Below, in pieces: positions 9,405-18,112 of a DNA stretch of 32,000 nt. The translations under genes were made by a program, and so were the position numbers. The DNA lies in contig JAJRVL010000011.1 in the NCBI GenBank assembly GCA_024277355.1, positions 79,365 to 111,364 on the forward strand. The letters run 5' to 3'. The DNA comes from an archaeon. Lineage in GTDB: Archaea > Iainarchaeota > Iainarchaeia > Iainarchaeales > 1-14-0-10-31-34. Positions within the stretch are counted from its first letter, which is position 1. The number at the start of each line of letters is the position of its first letter. Under the pieces are notes generated by a model. That model had not been told where the DNA came from. It did not search any database and was given only the letters and a program-made list of their open reading frames with translations.

Positions 9405-10013
9405 ATGAGCAAAATTATTTCAAATCCTGACAAAAACCAGAATATAATTCTGATTGTTCCTGAAGAAAAATACCAGAATACAATTCAAGCATTACTAAAA
9501 GAACTGGTTTCAGCAAAAAAAACAATTGTTTTTATTTCAGTTAATAAAACAAAAAAAGCATTAGAAAAAGAATTAAAAGAAAATAAAATTTCAACAGAAA
9601 AAATTTATTTTGTTGACTGTGTAAGCAAAAGTATTTCAAAAGGAAAAATTTCATGGAGCGACGAAAAAAACCAATATGTCGATAACCCAACTTCTTTAAC
9701 TCAAATAAGCCTTGCAGTATTTAAATTATTTGACCAGACAAAAATGGATTATTTAGTTTTAGATTCAATTAACACTTTGCTGATATATAATGAAGAAAAA
9801 GAAGTGTTGAAATTTGTACATCACACAACAGGCAAACTAAAAGAAAACAACAAAACCGGTGTGTTTGTTTATTTAAAGGAAGAAATGAATCAAACTTTGC
9901 TGAAAAAGTTTTCTCAGTTTTCCGATAAAATAATTGAAGCAAATCCCCCTGAAAAAAAAGAATTTATTAGAAAAAAAGGTTCAATGAATTCATTTGAAGA
10001 AATAAAGCTTTAA
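9405..10013 (+). CDS. hypothetical RecA/KaiC-fold-like protein with no obvious P-loop
   Basis: The strand/helix pattern (IILIVP..., TIVFISVN..., IYFVDCVS..., DYLVLDSINTLL) resembles degenerate KaiC/RecA-superfamily proteins. No GxxxxGK[ST] is present. Confidence 0.45.
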   Translation: MSKIISNPDKNQNIILIVPEEKYQNTIQALLKELVSAKKTIVFISVNKTKKALEKELKENKISTEKIYFVDCVSKSISKGKISWSDEKNQYVDNPTSLTQISLAVFKLFDQTKMDYLVLDSINTLLIYNEEKEVLKFVHHTTGKLKENNKTGVFVYLKEEMNQTLLKKFSQFSDKIIEANPPEKKEFIRKKGSMNSFEEIKL

Positions 10014-11348
10014 TCAAAAATTAAAATATTTTTTTAACTCCCATTCAGAAACCTGAGTATTATATTCAAGACATTCAGCTTTTTTTGCTTTTATAAAGCT
10101 TTCAAAGATTTTTTCGCCTAAAACATTTTTAATTAATTCATCTTTTTCTAATTCATTTAATGCTTCAGACAAAGAAGAAGGAAGTTTTTCAATTTTTAAT
10201 TCACTCATTTTTTCTTCAGAAAAACCATAAACATCTTCTTCAACTGCATCAGGTGGAAAAAGATTTTTTTCTATTCCGTTTAATCCTGCTTCAAGCATTA
10301 CAGCAAAAGCCAAATAAGGATTAGAAGAAGGGTCAGGGCAGCGTAATTCAATTCTTGCAGCTTTTTCTTTTTCCTTAAAAATTCTTGGAACACGGATTAA
10401 AGCAGAACGATTAGTTGTAGCCCAGCAGATGTTTACTGGGGCTTCAAAACCAGAAACAAGTCTTTTATAAGAATTAATTGTTGGAGAAAGAACTGCGCTC
10501 ATGGCTTTAATGTGTTTTAACTGCCCTGCAATAAAATTCATTGCTAAATCTGAAAGATTATGCTTAAAAGAAAAATCACAAAAAAGATTTTTTCCATTTA
10601 AGTCAAATAAAGATTGATGAACATGCATTCCTGAACCATTAATTCCAAAAACAGGTTTAGGCATAAAAGAAGCAAACAAATCAAAAGAAGACGCAACAGA
10701 TTTTACAGTCTGCTTAAAAGTTATGGCTCTGTCAGCAGTAATTAAAGCATCTCCATATTCAAAATCAATTTCATGCTGGCCAAAAGCAACTTCATGATGA
10801 GAAGATTCAACTTTAACCCCTAACTCCAATAAAAAAGAAACAATTCTGCTTCTGACATTAGTTGCTAAATCTTTAGAAGAAAAATCAAAATAAGAACCAG
10901 TGTCATGAGGAACAGGCCTAATATCTCCGTTAGGCTTTTCAAACAAAAAAAATTCTAATTCAGGCCCTGTATTAAAAATAAATCCTTTTACTTTTGCTTT
11001 TTCAATTGTTTTTTTTAAAATAAATCTTGGGTCTCCTTCAAAAGGTTTCCCTTCAGGAGAAAAAACATCACAAATAAATCTTGCAGTTTTTTTATCCCAA
11101 GGCAAAACAGCATAAGTTGATGCATCAGGTTTAAGATACATGTCTGACTCATGAATTCTGGCAAAACCTTCAATAGAAGAACCATCAAACCAAGTCCCTG
11201 TTTCTAAAGAATTCTTTAATTGAGCAGCAGGAAAATAAACGCTTTTAATGTTTCCAATTATATCCGTGAACTGAAGAACAATTTCTTCTATTTTATCTTC
11301 TTTAACTTTATTTAAAATATTATCAAAATCAACCATAAAAAAAGACAA
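10014..11348 (-). CDS. glnA: glutamine synthetase type I (likely ATG start at 11336)
   Basis: Segments FTDIIGNIKSV, GPELEFFLF, HHEVAFGQHEIDF, KPVFGINGSGMHVHQSL and NSYKRLVSGFEAP are characteristic of glutamine synthetase. Confidence 0.93.
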   Translation of the reverse strand: MSFFMVDFDNILNKVKEDKIEEIVLQFTDIIGNIKSVYFPAAQLKNSLETGTWFDGSSIEGFARIHESDMYLKPDASTYAVLPWDKKTARFICDVFSPEGKPFEGDPRFILKKTIEKAKVKGFIFNTGPELEFFLFEKPNGDIRPVPHDTGSYFDFSSKDLATNVRSRIVSFLLELGVKVESSHHEVAFGQHEIDFEYGDALITADRAITFKQTVKSVASSFDLFASFMPKPVFGINGSGMHVHQSLFDLNGKNLFCDFSFKHNLSDLAMNFIAGQLKHIKAMSAVLSPTINSYKRLVSGFEAPVNICWATTNRSALIRVPRIFKEKEKAARIELRCPDPSSNPYLAFAVMLEAGLNGIEKNLFPPDAVEEDVYGFSEEKMSELKIEKLPSSLSEALNELEKDELIKNVLGEKIFESFIKAKKAECLEYNTQVSEWELKKYFNF

Positions 11349-11443
11349 TTTTGTTTATTTATATAGCTTTGCGGAAAAAAAGTAAACAAAAATTTAGGAA
11401 ATAAGGAAAATAATAAAAACTTGTTTATACTTTAATTGATTTT

Positions 11444-11893
11444 ATGAATAAAAGTAAAAAAACGTTTAGCGAAAATTCAAGTAAAAGAGTTCTTAATGCA
11501 TTAATTGAGAACTCAAGAATGTCATCAAGAGAAATCGCAAAAAAAGTCAATTTAAGCACTGCCACAGTAATAAAAAAAATAAACGAAATGAAGAAAAAAG
11601 GAATTATTAAAGGCTTTACTGCAAAAGTTGATTTTGAGAAATTAGGCTATGATTTTCCTGCTTTAATTGAAATAAGAGTTTCAAAAGGAAAATTGACTGA
11701 AGTCGAAAACAAAATAGCAAAAGACAAAAATGTAAAAGCAGTTTATGACATTACAGGGCAATTTGATGCTGCAATTTTAGCTGATTTTAAAAAAAGAAAA
11801 GAACTAAATGATTTTCTTAAAAAACTGCAAAAAATTGAATTTGTTGAACGAACTGAAGCAAAATTAATTCTGAATAAAGTAAAAGAAGAATAG
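11444..11893 (+). CDS. lrp: Lrp/AsnC-family transcriptional regulator
   Basis: An N-terminal HTH (NSRMSSREIAKKVNLSTATVIKKINEMKKKGII) is followed by a RAM/ACT-like C-terminal domain (ALIEIRVSKGK...VYDITGQFD). It is divergent from glnA. Confidence 0.85.
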   Translation: MNKSKKTFSENSSKRVLNALIENSRMSSREIAKKVNLSTATVIKKINEMKKKGIIKGFTAKVDFEKLGYDFPALIEIRVSKGKLTEVENKIAKDKNVKAVYDITGQFDAAILADFKKRKELNDFLKKLQKIEFVERTEAKLILNKVKEE

Positions 11894-11940
11894 TTTTATA
11901 CATAACGAAAGGTTTTTATTAAAACAAATTTATTATTTGT

Positions 11941-12774
11941 TTGATGACTAGAAGAAGACACTTTAAAAGAAGCCCTGCAGGCGCTTTTGGAAAAAAACCT
12001 ACTCATGGAACAGAGCTTTCTGTTGACAGGAAAATAGGCGGAGCTATAGGAAAACTAATTAAACAAAGAAAACAAGAACAAAGAAAACAAGATAAAAGAA
12101 TGGCACAATTAAAAAAAATTTCAAAAACAAAACTTACTCTTGCAGAAGAACTTGAGTTAATTAAACTAAATTTAATTAAATACCAAAAATTATTAGGAGA
12201 TACTTCAAAAGGAGTAGTTACATTAAACCTTGCAGGAATAGGAAAAAAAAGGAATCTTTCTGAAAAACAACTAAAACAAATTTCAAAACTGCTTTATGAA
12301 GGAAATATTGAAGAAATAAGAAATTACAAGATAGAAACTTTAACAGAAAAAAAAAGCACTCAACTAAAAACAATAATAAAAAAATATCCTGCAAAATTAA
12401 TCCCTAAACCTAAATCTTTTACTCATTTGCCTTCAGGAAACATGCTTGCAAGAATTTCAGTTGAATTAAAAATAATTAAACCAAGAAAACAAGTACAGCA
12501 AGTAAATAAATATGGCTCCAGAATAGGAAAACCAAAGCAAATAACAGAAGAAATTGAAACTACTAGCACAGAATTATTAGTTGAATATAATTTGAATAGT
12601 CTGCCTTCAAGAAAAAAGAAAGGAAACTTAAGAATTCAGACAATTGATGGAAAAGGAAAAGTTGGATTAATTCCTGACAGTGTTGTTTCAATAGTAAGTC
12701 AAATAAGACAAATGCACGAAGGAAAAACAGGAACTACTCTTTTTCTTCAGGGAACTTTAACTAAAGCAAACTGA
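11941..12774 (+). CDS. lysine/arginine-rich hypothetical protein (277 aa) with an HhH-like LAGIGKKR segment
   Basis: N-terminus MTRRRHFKRSPAGAFGKKP. The segment TLNLAGIGKKRNLSEKQLKQISKLL resembles the conserved core of the 16996 and 17525 paralogs. Confidence 0.5.
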   Translation: MMTRRRHFKRSPAGAFGKKPTHGTELSVDRKIGGAIGKLIKQRKQEQRKQDKRMAQLKKISKTKLTLAEELELIKLNLIKYQKLLGDTSKGVVTLNLAGIGKKRNLSEKQLKQISKLLYEGNIEEIRNYKIETLTEKKSTQLKTIIKKYPAKLIPKPKSFTHLPSGNMLARISVELKIIKPRKQVQQVNKYGSRIGKPKQITEEIETTSTELLVEYNLNSLPSRKKKGNLRIQTIDGKGKVGLIPDSVVSIVSQIRQMHEGKTGTTLFLQGTLTKAN

Positions 12775-12775
12775 T

Positions 12776-13582
12776 TTATTTTTCATTAATTATTTTTAGT
12801 AAAGCTTCATGCACTAAACTATTTGAAGCAAAGCAGTCAATTGGCAAAGGCTTTAATTCTGTTTCAGAATCAGGATCAGAAACTTTTCCGCCGGCTTCCT
12901 GAACTAATAAAGCACCAGCACATAAATCCCATGGCTTTAAATGATATTCAAGATAGGCATCAACCCTTCCGCAAGCAATATAAGCTAAATCTAATGCAGC
13001 CGAACCGCTTCTTCTGATATCTTTAATTTTATACAACAGTCTTCTTACTGCATTTAAAGTGAATTCCATTTTTTCTCCTCTATTATAAGAAAAACCAGTG
13101 TTAAGCAAAATGCGGATTAATTCAGAATTCTGAGAAACAGAAATTTTGTTTCCGTTCAAAAAAGCACCTTTTCCTTTTTCTGCAGTAAATAATTCATTTA
13201 AAACCGGATCAAAAATTACTCCAAGAATTGTTTGTTCTTTTTTCTTTAAAGCAATTGAAACACAAAAATGAGGATAATTATGTGCAAAGTTTACTGTTCC
13301 ATCTAAAGGATCAACAACCCACAAAAAATCAGCTAATTCATAGCCTCTAGGAGTTTCTTCAGCTAAAATTTCATGCGAAGGAAAAGCTTTCAGAATTGTT
13401 TCTTTAATTATTTTTTCTGCTTCAAAATCCGCTTTAGTTACAATATCCCTTTTGCCTTTGTATTTAACTTTATTTAAGTCAGTGAATTTTCCCCTGTAAG
13501 ACAAAATTACAGTTCCTGCTTTTTTTGCTGCAAGAACTGCTGTTTTCATAAACTCTGACTGCATAACAAAACAAAAGAACAA
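12776..13582 (-). CDS. suhB: inositol monophosphatase / FBPase-family phosphatase (likely ATG start at 13549)
   Basis: Motifs ILAEE, WVVDPLDGTVNF and SGSAALDLAYIACGRVDAY. Confidence 0.85.
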   Translation of the reverse strand: MFFCFVMQSEFMKTAVLAAKKAGTVILSYRGKFTDLNKVKYKGKRDIVTKADFEAEKIIKETILKAFPSHEILAEETPRGYELADFLWVVDPLDGTVNFAHNYPHFCVSIALKKKEQTILGVIFDPVLNELFTAEKGKGAFLNGNKISVSQNSELIRILLNTGFSYNRGEKMEFTLNAVRRLLYKIKDIRRSGSAALDLAYIACGRVDAYLEYHLKPWDLCAGALLVQEAGGKVSDPDSETELKPLPIDCFASNSLVHEALLKIINEK

Positions 13583-14423
13583 AAGGAATTAAAAATAAAT
13601 TCTGCTTGGTCAAGAAATAGCTTTAAGAAACAAACTGTTATGTAGACAGAATATACATAATTATTAGTCTTTTTTGGCCAAAAAAGAGCCCTCAACATAC
13701 TAAAACCCTTTATTTCAGCCAGATAAGCCAATATAGCCAAACCCATCAAAAATGGCTTTAAATATGCCTTAAAAAAACTCTGCTAAAAAAATCTTATTTT
13801 AGAGTATTTCGTTAATTTAAGCCAAATTAAACTGAATTTAATAGATTTACTGGCTTTTCTTATAGATCGGCAAAGCAATTCAACCCCTCACAGATTTCCA
13901 AAAACCTCTTTGGAAATTTCCTTGATTTTTCTGGGTTTTTTCTTTATTTTTTCAACTATTTCTAATTAAGGAATTTTTTGTTTATTTTTGTTTTTTCTTA
14001 GAAGTTTTCCAGAAAATTTTTGAAAAGTTTTATTTTTTTAAGCCACTTCGCAAACTCCCTTTCTGGATTTTTTGAGCCACATCTGACTCCGCCTATTTTG
14101 TATACATAACTCTTGATCTTGCTGGCTTCTCCAAACAACCAACTTACCCGCCCCCACACTTCCACTAAAGTTCAGTTTTTCACACTTTTCAACAAAGTCC
14201 CCTCTATGAAAACACGGATAATGTAGATTATACGTGGATTCATGAGTAAATAAAGGCTCAAACAAACGCTTTAATCAACCAAACTAAACCGCTCGCCTTA
14301 AAGATAAGCGATTTTAACGGGTTTTAAGCCAGTTTTTGGTTTTGCTGCCTAAAAATTAGAAGTTAACTTTGAATAGTTAATTTTGTTTTTGATCTGTTAG
14401 AGGAACACAGACAATAACTTATC

Positions 14424-14469
14424 AAAACCAGAGTTATGTATAAGACTAAATTTGTTTTAGGTTTCTATA
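14424..14469 (+). repeat. AAAACCA-GAG-TTATGTATAAGACTA...GTTTTAGGTTTCTATA module, with no annotated gene downstream
   Basis: This is the best copy of the recurrent intergenic module. It is followed by a 19-codon ORF (14469-14528) that would be leaderless if the module is a promoter. Confidence 0.5.
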
Positions 14470-14599
14470 TGTTTTACACACAATTTTGCTTTAATTGCTA
14501 TAATATTATGTTTTTGTGTTTTATTTAAATCAGCAAATCAATTCCACAAAATTATCTGTAAATTGAATTTTTATCTAAAAATTGAAATAAAAGAACTAT

Positions 14600-14627
14600 G
14601 AAAATAAATGCGCTTGCGCGCGCGCCG
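14600..14627 (-). terminator. GC-only island (GCGCTTGCGCGCGCGCCG) plus T-run, downstream of the XRE gene
   Basis: This is the only run of pure G/C that I noticed. It is self-complementary and lies 28 nt past the XRE stop, followed on the minus strand by a T-rich tract. The terminator role is inferred. Confidence 0.3.
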
Positions 14628-14654
14628 AAAATTTAGGGTTAGTTTAAGCAACCA

Positions 14655-14852
14655 TTATAACTCAAAAATAGCTTCTATATCCTCATTAAACACTTTAGCT
14701 ATATTATAAGCTAATTTTAAAGAAGGATTATATTTCCCTTGCTCTAAAAAGACAATTGTTTCTCTTCGAACTTTAACGATTTTAGCTAATTGTTCCTGTG
14801 TTAAATTGTATTTTGCTCTGAATTCTTTGATTTTTGTCTTCATTTGATTCAC
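14655..14852 (-). CDS. XRE/Cro-C1-family helix-turn-helix regulator (65 aa)
   Basis: [47 protein letters not shown] is a textbook HTH_3 domain. Confidence 0.85.
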   Translation of the reverse strand: MNQMKTKIKEFRAKYNLTQEQLAKIVKVRRETIVFLEQGKYNPSLKLAYNIAKVFNEDIEAIFEL

Positions 14853-15028
14853 TTATTTAAAATCAAATTTAAGTTAGAAATAATTAACCTTATGTTAGAA
14901 TTACATAACAACTAATATTTAAGATTTTGCATTAAGCAGCAAATATCAAAAAAACCAACAAATACTTGAAAAGCAAAAAACCTGTCTAATTCAATATAAT
15001 TTAAAAGAAAAAGAAACTAAACAATATT

Positions 15029-15787
15029 ATGAAAAAATTGTTTATTTTATTGATTTTATTGGTTTTTATTTTTGGATGTATTAATTCTCCAGAGCCAATA
15101 AAAGATTCATTCAAATTAGGCGAAACATTTACTATAAAAGAAAATCAAACTTTAACTGAAGAAAAAGAAAAATTCATTGTCAAAGTAGTTTCTTTTGTTG
15201 ATTCAAGATGCCCTGCAGAAGTTAAATGTATCTGGGAAGGAGAATTAGGAGTTGATTTGTTAATTGTTAGCAGTTTAGGAGAACAAGAAATTTATTTAGG
15301 CGCAACAACAGTCTCTAAAGAAAATTTTTCTTTATATAATTCTTATGAAATTGAATTACTTTCAATTGATTTTGAAACAAAAACTGCTGAATTAAAAATA
15401 ACTGAAATTGATTCAAATACAAAAACATGGTTTTCAATTAAACCAATTCAATGCAAAGGAAACAACTGGAATACCTGGCCTGCTTCTGCAACAATGAAAT
15501 TTGAAAACGAATTATCTTTAATTAAAAACTGGTTCGATATTGAACATAACATAAAAGTTTATGAAATTAAATCAAAACAAATTTATGAAGCAGTATGCAG
15601 TGCTTGTTCTTGTTCCAGAGGAGACAAAATCGCAGTTTTAGTTGATGTAAAAAATAAAGAAAAAACATTAGATCTTGGTTGGGAAGAAATGATTATTGAA
15701 TGCGCTGAAGAAACAAAACAATGCCCTAACGGTTCAATAACAGCAAGAATTAATCCATTTTGTGATTTTGAAAAATGCTCACAATAA
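15029..15787 (+). CDS. Cys-rich exported protein / putative lipoprotein
   Basis: The N-terminus MKKLFILLILLVFIFGC resembles a signal peptide with a lipobox. Conserved-looking Cys pairs occur (DSRCPAEVKCIWEG, CSACSCSRG). No family recognised. Confidence 0.55.
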   Translation: MKKLFILLILLVFIFGCINSPEPIKDSFKLGETFTIKENQTLTEEKEKFIVKVVSFVDSRCPAEVKCIWEGELGVDLLIVSSLGEQEIYLGATTVSKENFSLYNSYEIELLSIDFETKTAELKITEIDSNTKTWFSIKPIQCKGNNWNTWPASATMKFENELSLIKNWFDIEHNIKVYEIKSKQIYEAVCSACSCSRGDKIAVLVDVKNKEKTLDLGWEEMIIECAEETKQCPNGSITARINPFCDFEKCSQ

Positions 15788-15924
15788 ACAAATTATGTAT
15801 AAACTGTTTTTTGTTGAGTTAATTCTGATTTAACTTTAATTTGTTATTTTAATCAATTCTCTTTAAATTTAATTCCTACACAGTTTTTTAGTGAAGTTTA
15901 TACTTAATTTAACAGGAAATTATT

Positions 15925-16923
15925 ATGTTTGCATCTGAAATAAATAAATTATTAAATTTAGTTTCCAGAAGCTTTACGCTTTGTATTCCGCGTCTTCCAA
16001 AACAAGTCAGAAACGAAGTAGGAAACTTTTATCTTTTATGCAGGTATGCAGACTCAATCGAAGACTCAAAAATTTCATTTACTGACAAAAAAAAGTACTT
16101 TAAAAGGTATTTAACCTGCCTTAAACAAGAAGACTTAAACAAAATGAACACGTTATCGGCTGAATTAACTCCTAAAATTCTAAACAAAAATGATCAAAAA
16201 ATGTTTAAGCGGTTTTCTAAAGTATTTAAGCAGTTTGTGGGTTTTGACGAAAAATCAAAAAAAATTGCTTTAAAATGGCTAAAAGAAATGACTAAAGGAA
16301 TGGCTAAATACTCTAAAAAAGAAATTGAAAATTTTTTGGATTTAGATAATTATTGTTATTATGTTGCAGGCACAGTTGGTTTTTATATTACGCAAATCAC
16401 CGACCATAAATTTAATTTACATAAATATGATTTTTTGTTATCTAAATGCGAAGATTTTGGTTTATTACTTCAGAAAGTAAATATTATACGGGATTTTTCA
16501 AAAGACTATGAAAATGGAAAAACCTTCTGGCCTAAATCACTTTTTAAAAAACACAACATGGAAATAAAAGATGCATTTAAAAATAAAAATGACTTAAAAA
16601 GAAAACAAATTTTGTCTGAAATGATTAAAAGCACTGAACCGCATATTAAAAATACGCTTGAATACTTAAAAAATTTGCCTGCTGAATTAAAATTTGTCTG
16701 GGCAATTCCTTTTTATATGGCAATTCCAACACTGTTAAAGTGTTATGGTAACGACGAAATTTTTGATCCGCAAAAAAAAGTAAAAATTGGAAAAATCCAG
16801 ACAACTCAAATAATTTCATCTTTAAACAAAAAAATTTCTTCAGAACAATTTTTTGAAGAATATCTTATTGCTTTAAATGAAAAAAACTCACAAGGACTAA
16901 ATTTAAATCTTCAACTAAAATAA
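15925..16923 (+). CDS. squalene synthase-like head-to-head prenyl diphosphate synthase (SQS/PSY family)
   Basis: First Asp-rich box YADSIED, then YCYYVAGTVG, then FGLLLQKVNIIRDFSKDYENGKTFWP. The last closely resembles the SQS signature GLFLQKTNIIRDYLED...FWP. Confidence 0.8.
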   Translation: MFASEINKLLNLVSRSFTLCIPRLPKQVRNEVGNFYLLCRYADSIEDSKISFTDKKKYFKRYLTCLKQEDLNKMNTLSAELTPKILNKNDQKMFKRFSKVFKQFVGFDEKSKKIALKWLKEMTKGMAKYSKKEIENFLDLDNYCYYVAGTVGFYITQITDHKFNLHKYDFLLSKCEDFGLLLQKVNIIRDFSKDYENGKTFWPKSLFKKHNMEIKDAFKNKNDLKRKQILSEMIKSTEPHIKNTLEYLKNLPAELKFVWAIPFYMAIPTLLKCYGNDEIFDPQKKVKIGKIQTTQIISSLNKKISSEQFFEEYLIALNEKNSQGLNLNLQLK

Positions 16924-16995
16924 CTTTTTGTTTGCTTCAGACTAATAAAGCAAAACTATAAATTAAGCTAATTCTTTAATTATTTAAGGGATTTT

Positions 16996-17472
16996 ATGCC
17001 TGCAGGAAAAAAATATAAGCCTTCAAGTAAATTAAAAAGAAAATGGAGAAACAGTTCAGCTGGAAAAATTACTAAAGGATTATTCGGCCCAAGCAGGAAA
17101 ACAATTGAAAGAGTTAAAACAGGATTAACTTTAAGAGAAACAAAAAAACACATTAGTTTAGCCGAGGCTGTTGATTTATTAGAAAAATTAGAAAACAAAA
17201 AAATAAATGCTTCTAAATCAATGGCAATAAAATACTCTTTAGACGCCATCAATGTAAAAAACTTAAAAAAAAGACAACAAATAATAGCTGCAATAAAAAA
17301 AGCTGATAGACAAGTAAGCTTTGCTAACATGCATGGAAAAGGCGTGCCTGTGACTACTTTAAAAGAAATGACTCGTGTTTTTGTTGAAAATTTAGGTCCA
17401 ATTAAAGCGCGTTTGTTTTTTAAAATTATTACCAAAAAACAAAAAAACATCAGAATAAAAATGACGGATTAA
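16996..17472 (+). CDS. basic hypothetical protein (158 aa), MPAGKK N-terminus; tandem paralog 1
   Basis: The core SKSMAIKYSLDAINVKNLKKRQQI aligns with TAKLMGIKIALDAVGIKNPATRKKL in the next gene. Both genes are the same length. Confidence 0.6.
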   Translation: MPAGKKYKPSSKLKRKWRNSSAGKITKGLFGPSRKTIERVKTGLTLRETKKHISLAEAVDLLEKLENKKINASKSMAIKYSLDAINVKNLKKRQQIIAAIKKADRQVSFANMHGKGVPVTTLKEMTRVFVENLGPIKARLFFKIITKKQKNIRIKMTD

Positions 17473-17524
17473 AGCAAAAGAAATAATATAAGATAGACTC
17501 ATTGAATATTCAAGAGATAATTTT

Positions 17525-18001
17525 ATGCCTGCAAAAAAAAACAACACTAGTTTTTCTTATAAAAAAGTTTTAGCTGGTTTTGTGCTTAAACCAAAAAGAA
17601 AAGTAATTAAAGCAACAAGAAAAGGATTAAAAAAAAGCAAAAAAAACCTTGACCAGACTGCTAAGTTAATGGGAATAAAAATTGCTTTAGATGCCGTTGG
17701 AATTAAAAACCCTGCAACAAGAAAAAAATTAAAAAATATTTTATTAAATCATTTTGGGCAAATCGCATTAATGGTTAAACCAGGAAAAAAAACTTTAAAA
17801 GAAAAAGCAAATGATGCAAACACAATATTTAGATTAAAAGCCCGTGTAACAAATCGGTTAATAGAAGAACTTGGAAGAGAACAAGGCAAAAAAATAAGTG
17901 TGCTTTTGGCTTTAACAGAAAGTAAAAGAGATGTAATCTATCAAGAATTAATAAAAAAAGACCCGTTAATTACAAGAGCAATTAAGAAAATAAAAAAATA
18001 A
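17525..18001 (+). CDS. basic hypothetical protein (158 aa), MPAKKN N-terminus; tandem paralog 2
   Basis: See the 16996 entry. The LDAVGIKNPATRKKLKNIL segment is helix-hairpin-helix-like. Confidence 0.6.
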   Translation: MPAKKNNTSFSYKKVLAGFVLKPKRKVIKATRKGLKKSKKNLDQTAKLMGIKIALDAVGIKNPATRKKLKNILLNHFGQIALMVKPGKKTLKEKANDANTIFRLKARVTNRLIEELGREQGKKISVLLALTESKRDVIYQELIKKDPLITRAIKKIKK

Positions 18002-18067
18002 ATTTATTCTAATTTTTTATAATAACATTCTTTTGTCTATTTAAGTTTTTGGAGTGTTTTGATGTCT

Positions 18068-18093
18068 AAAAAAACCAATAATTATGTATAAGC
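18068..18093 (+). promoter_or_regulatory. AAAACCA-N4-TTATGTATAA BRE/TATA-like module upstream of the 18113 gene
   Basis: The 3' end of the motif lies 22 nt before ATG 18113, which would fit a leaderless or short-leader archaeal promoter. It is one copy of the recurrent module. Confidence 0.45.
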
Positions 18094-18112
18094 TAAGTTT
18101 TTTTAAGTTTAA

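Noticed and set aside
9405-11348. Global reassignment of TAA (or TGA) to a sense codon, as an explanation for the in-frame stops.
   Set aside because: Most well-supported genes end in TAA, and many end in TGA. If TAA at 10011-10013 were read as sense, the 9405 gene would extend by well over 100 codons through the antisense of glnA. If TGA were read as sense, ispD would fuse to a protein that has its own Tat signal. Any recoding would therefore have to be site-specific.
11938-11960. TGATGA at the start of the 11941 ORF and GTGATGA at 2783 might be C-boxes of C/D-box sRNAs.
   Set aside because: There are no appropriately spaced D (CTGA) or C'/D' boxes. Both sites are better explained as start-codon or SD-like context.
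13890-14075. The TTCCA-type dyads might be archaeal origin recognition boxes (oriC).
   Set aside because: No orc1/cdc6 gene is adjacent. The dyad spacing differs from the known ORB and mini-ORB, and skew cannot be assessed in 32 kb. I keep this only as one low-probability option within the orphan-region finding.
14040-14340. The GC-elevated segment might be an RNase P RNA or an SRP (7S) RNA gene.
   Set aside because: I could not find the universal motifs on either strand: GGAAAGUCC and ACAGAA..GGCUUA for RNase P, or the GGAA-tetraloop helix-8 motif for SRP. The weak resemblance of CAGAAAGGGAG...GGCTTAA is not enough.
14469-14528. A 19-codon ORF (MFYTQFCFNCYNIMFLCFI) lies 26 nt downstream of a TATA-like module.
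   Set aside because: It is too short and too low in complexity to call a gene from sequence alone. I mention it only as a possible leaderless micro-ORF within the orphan region.
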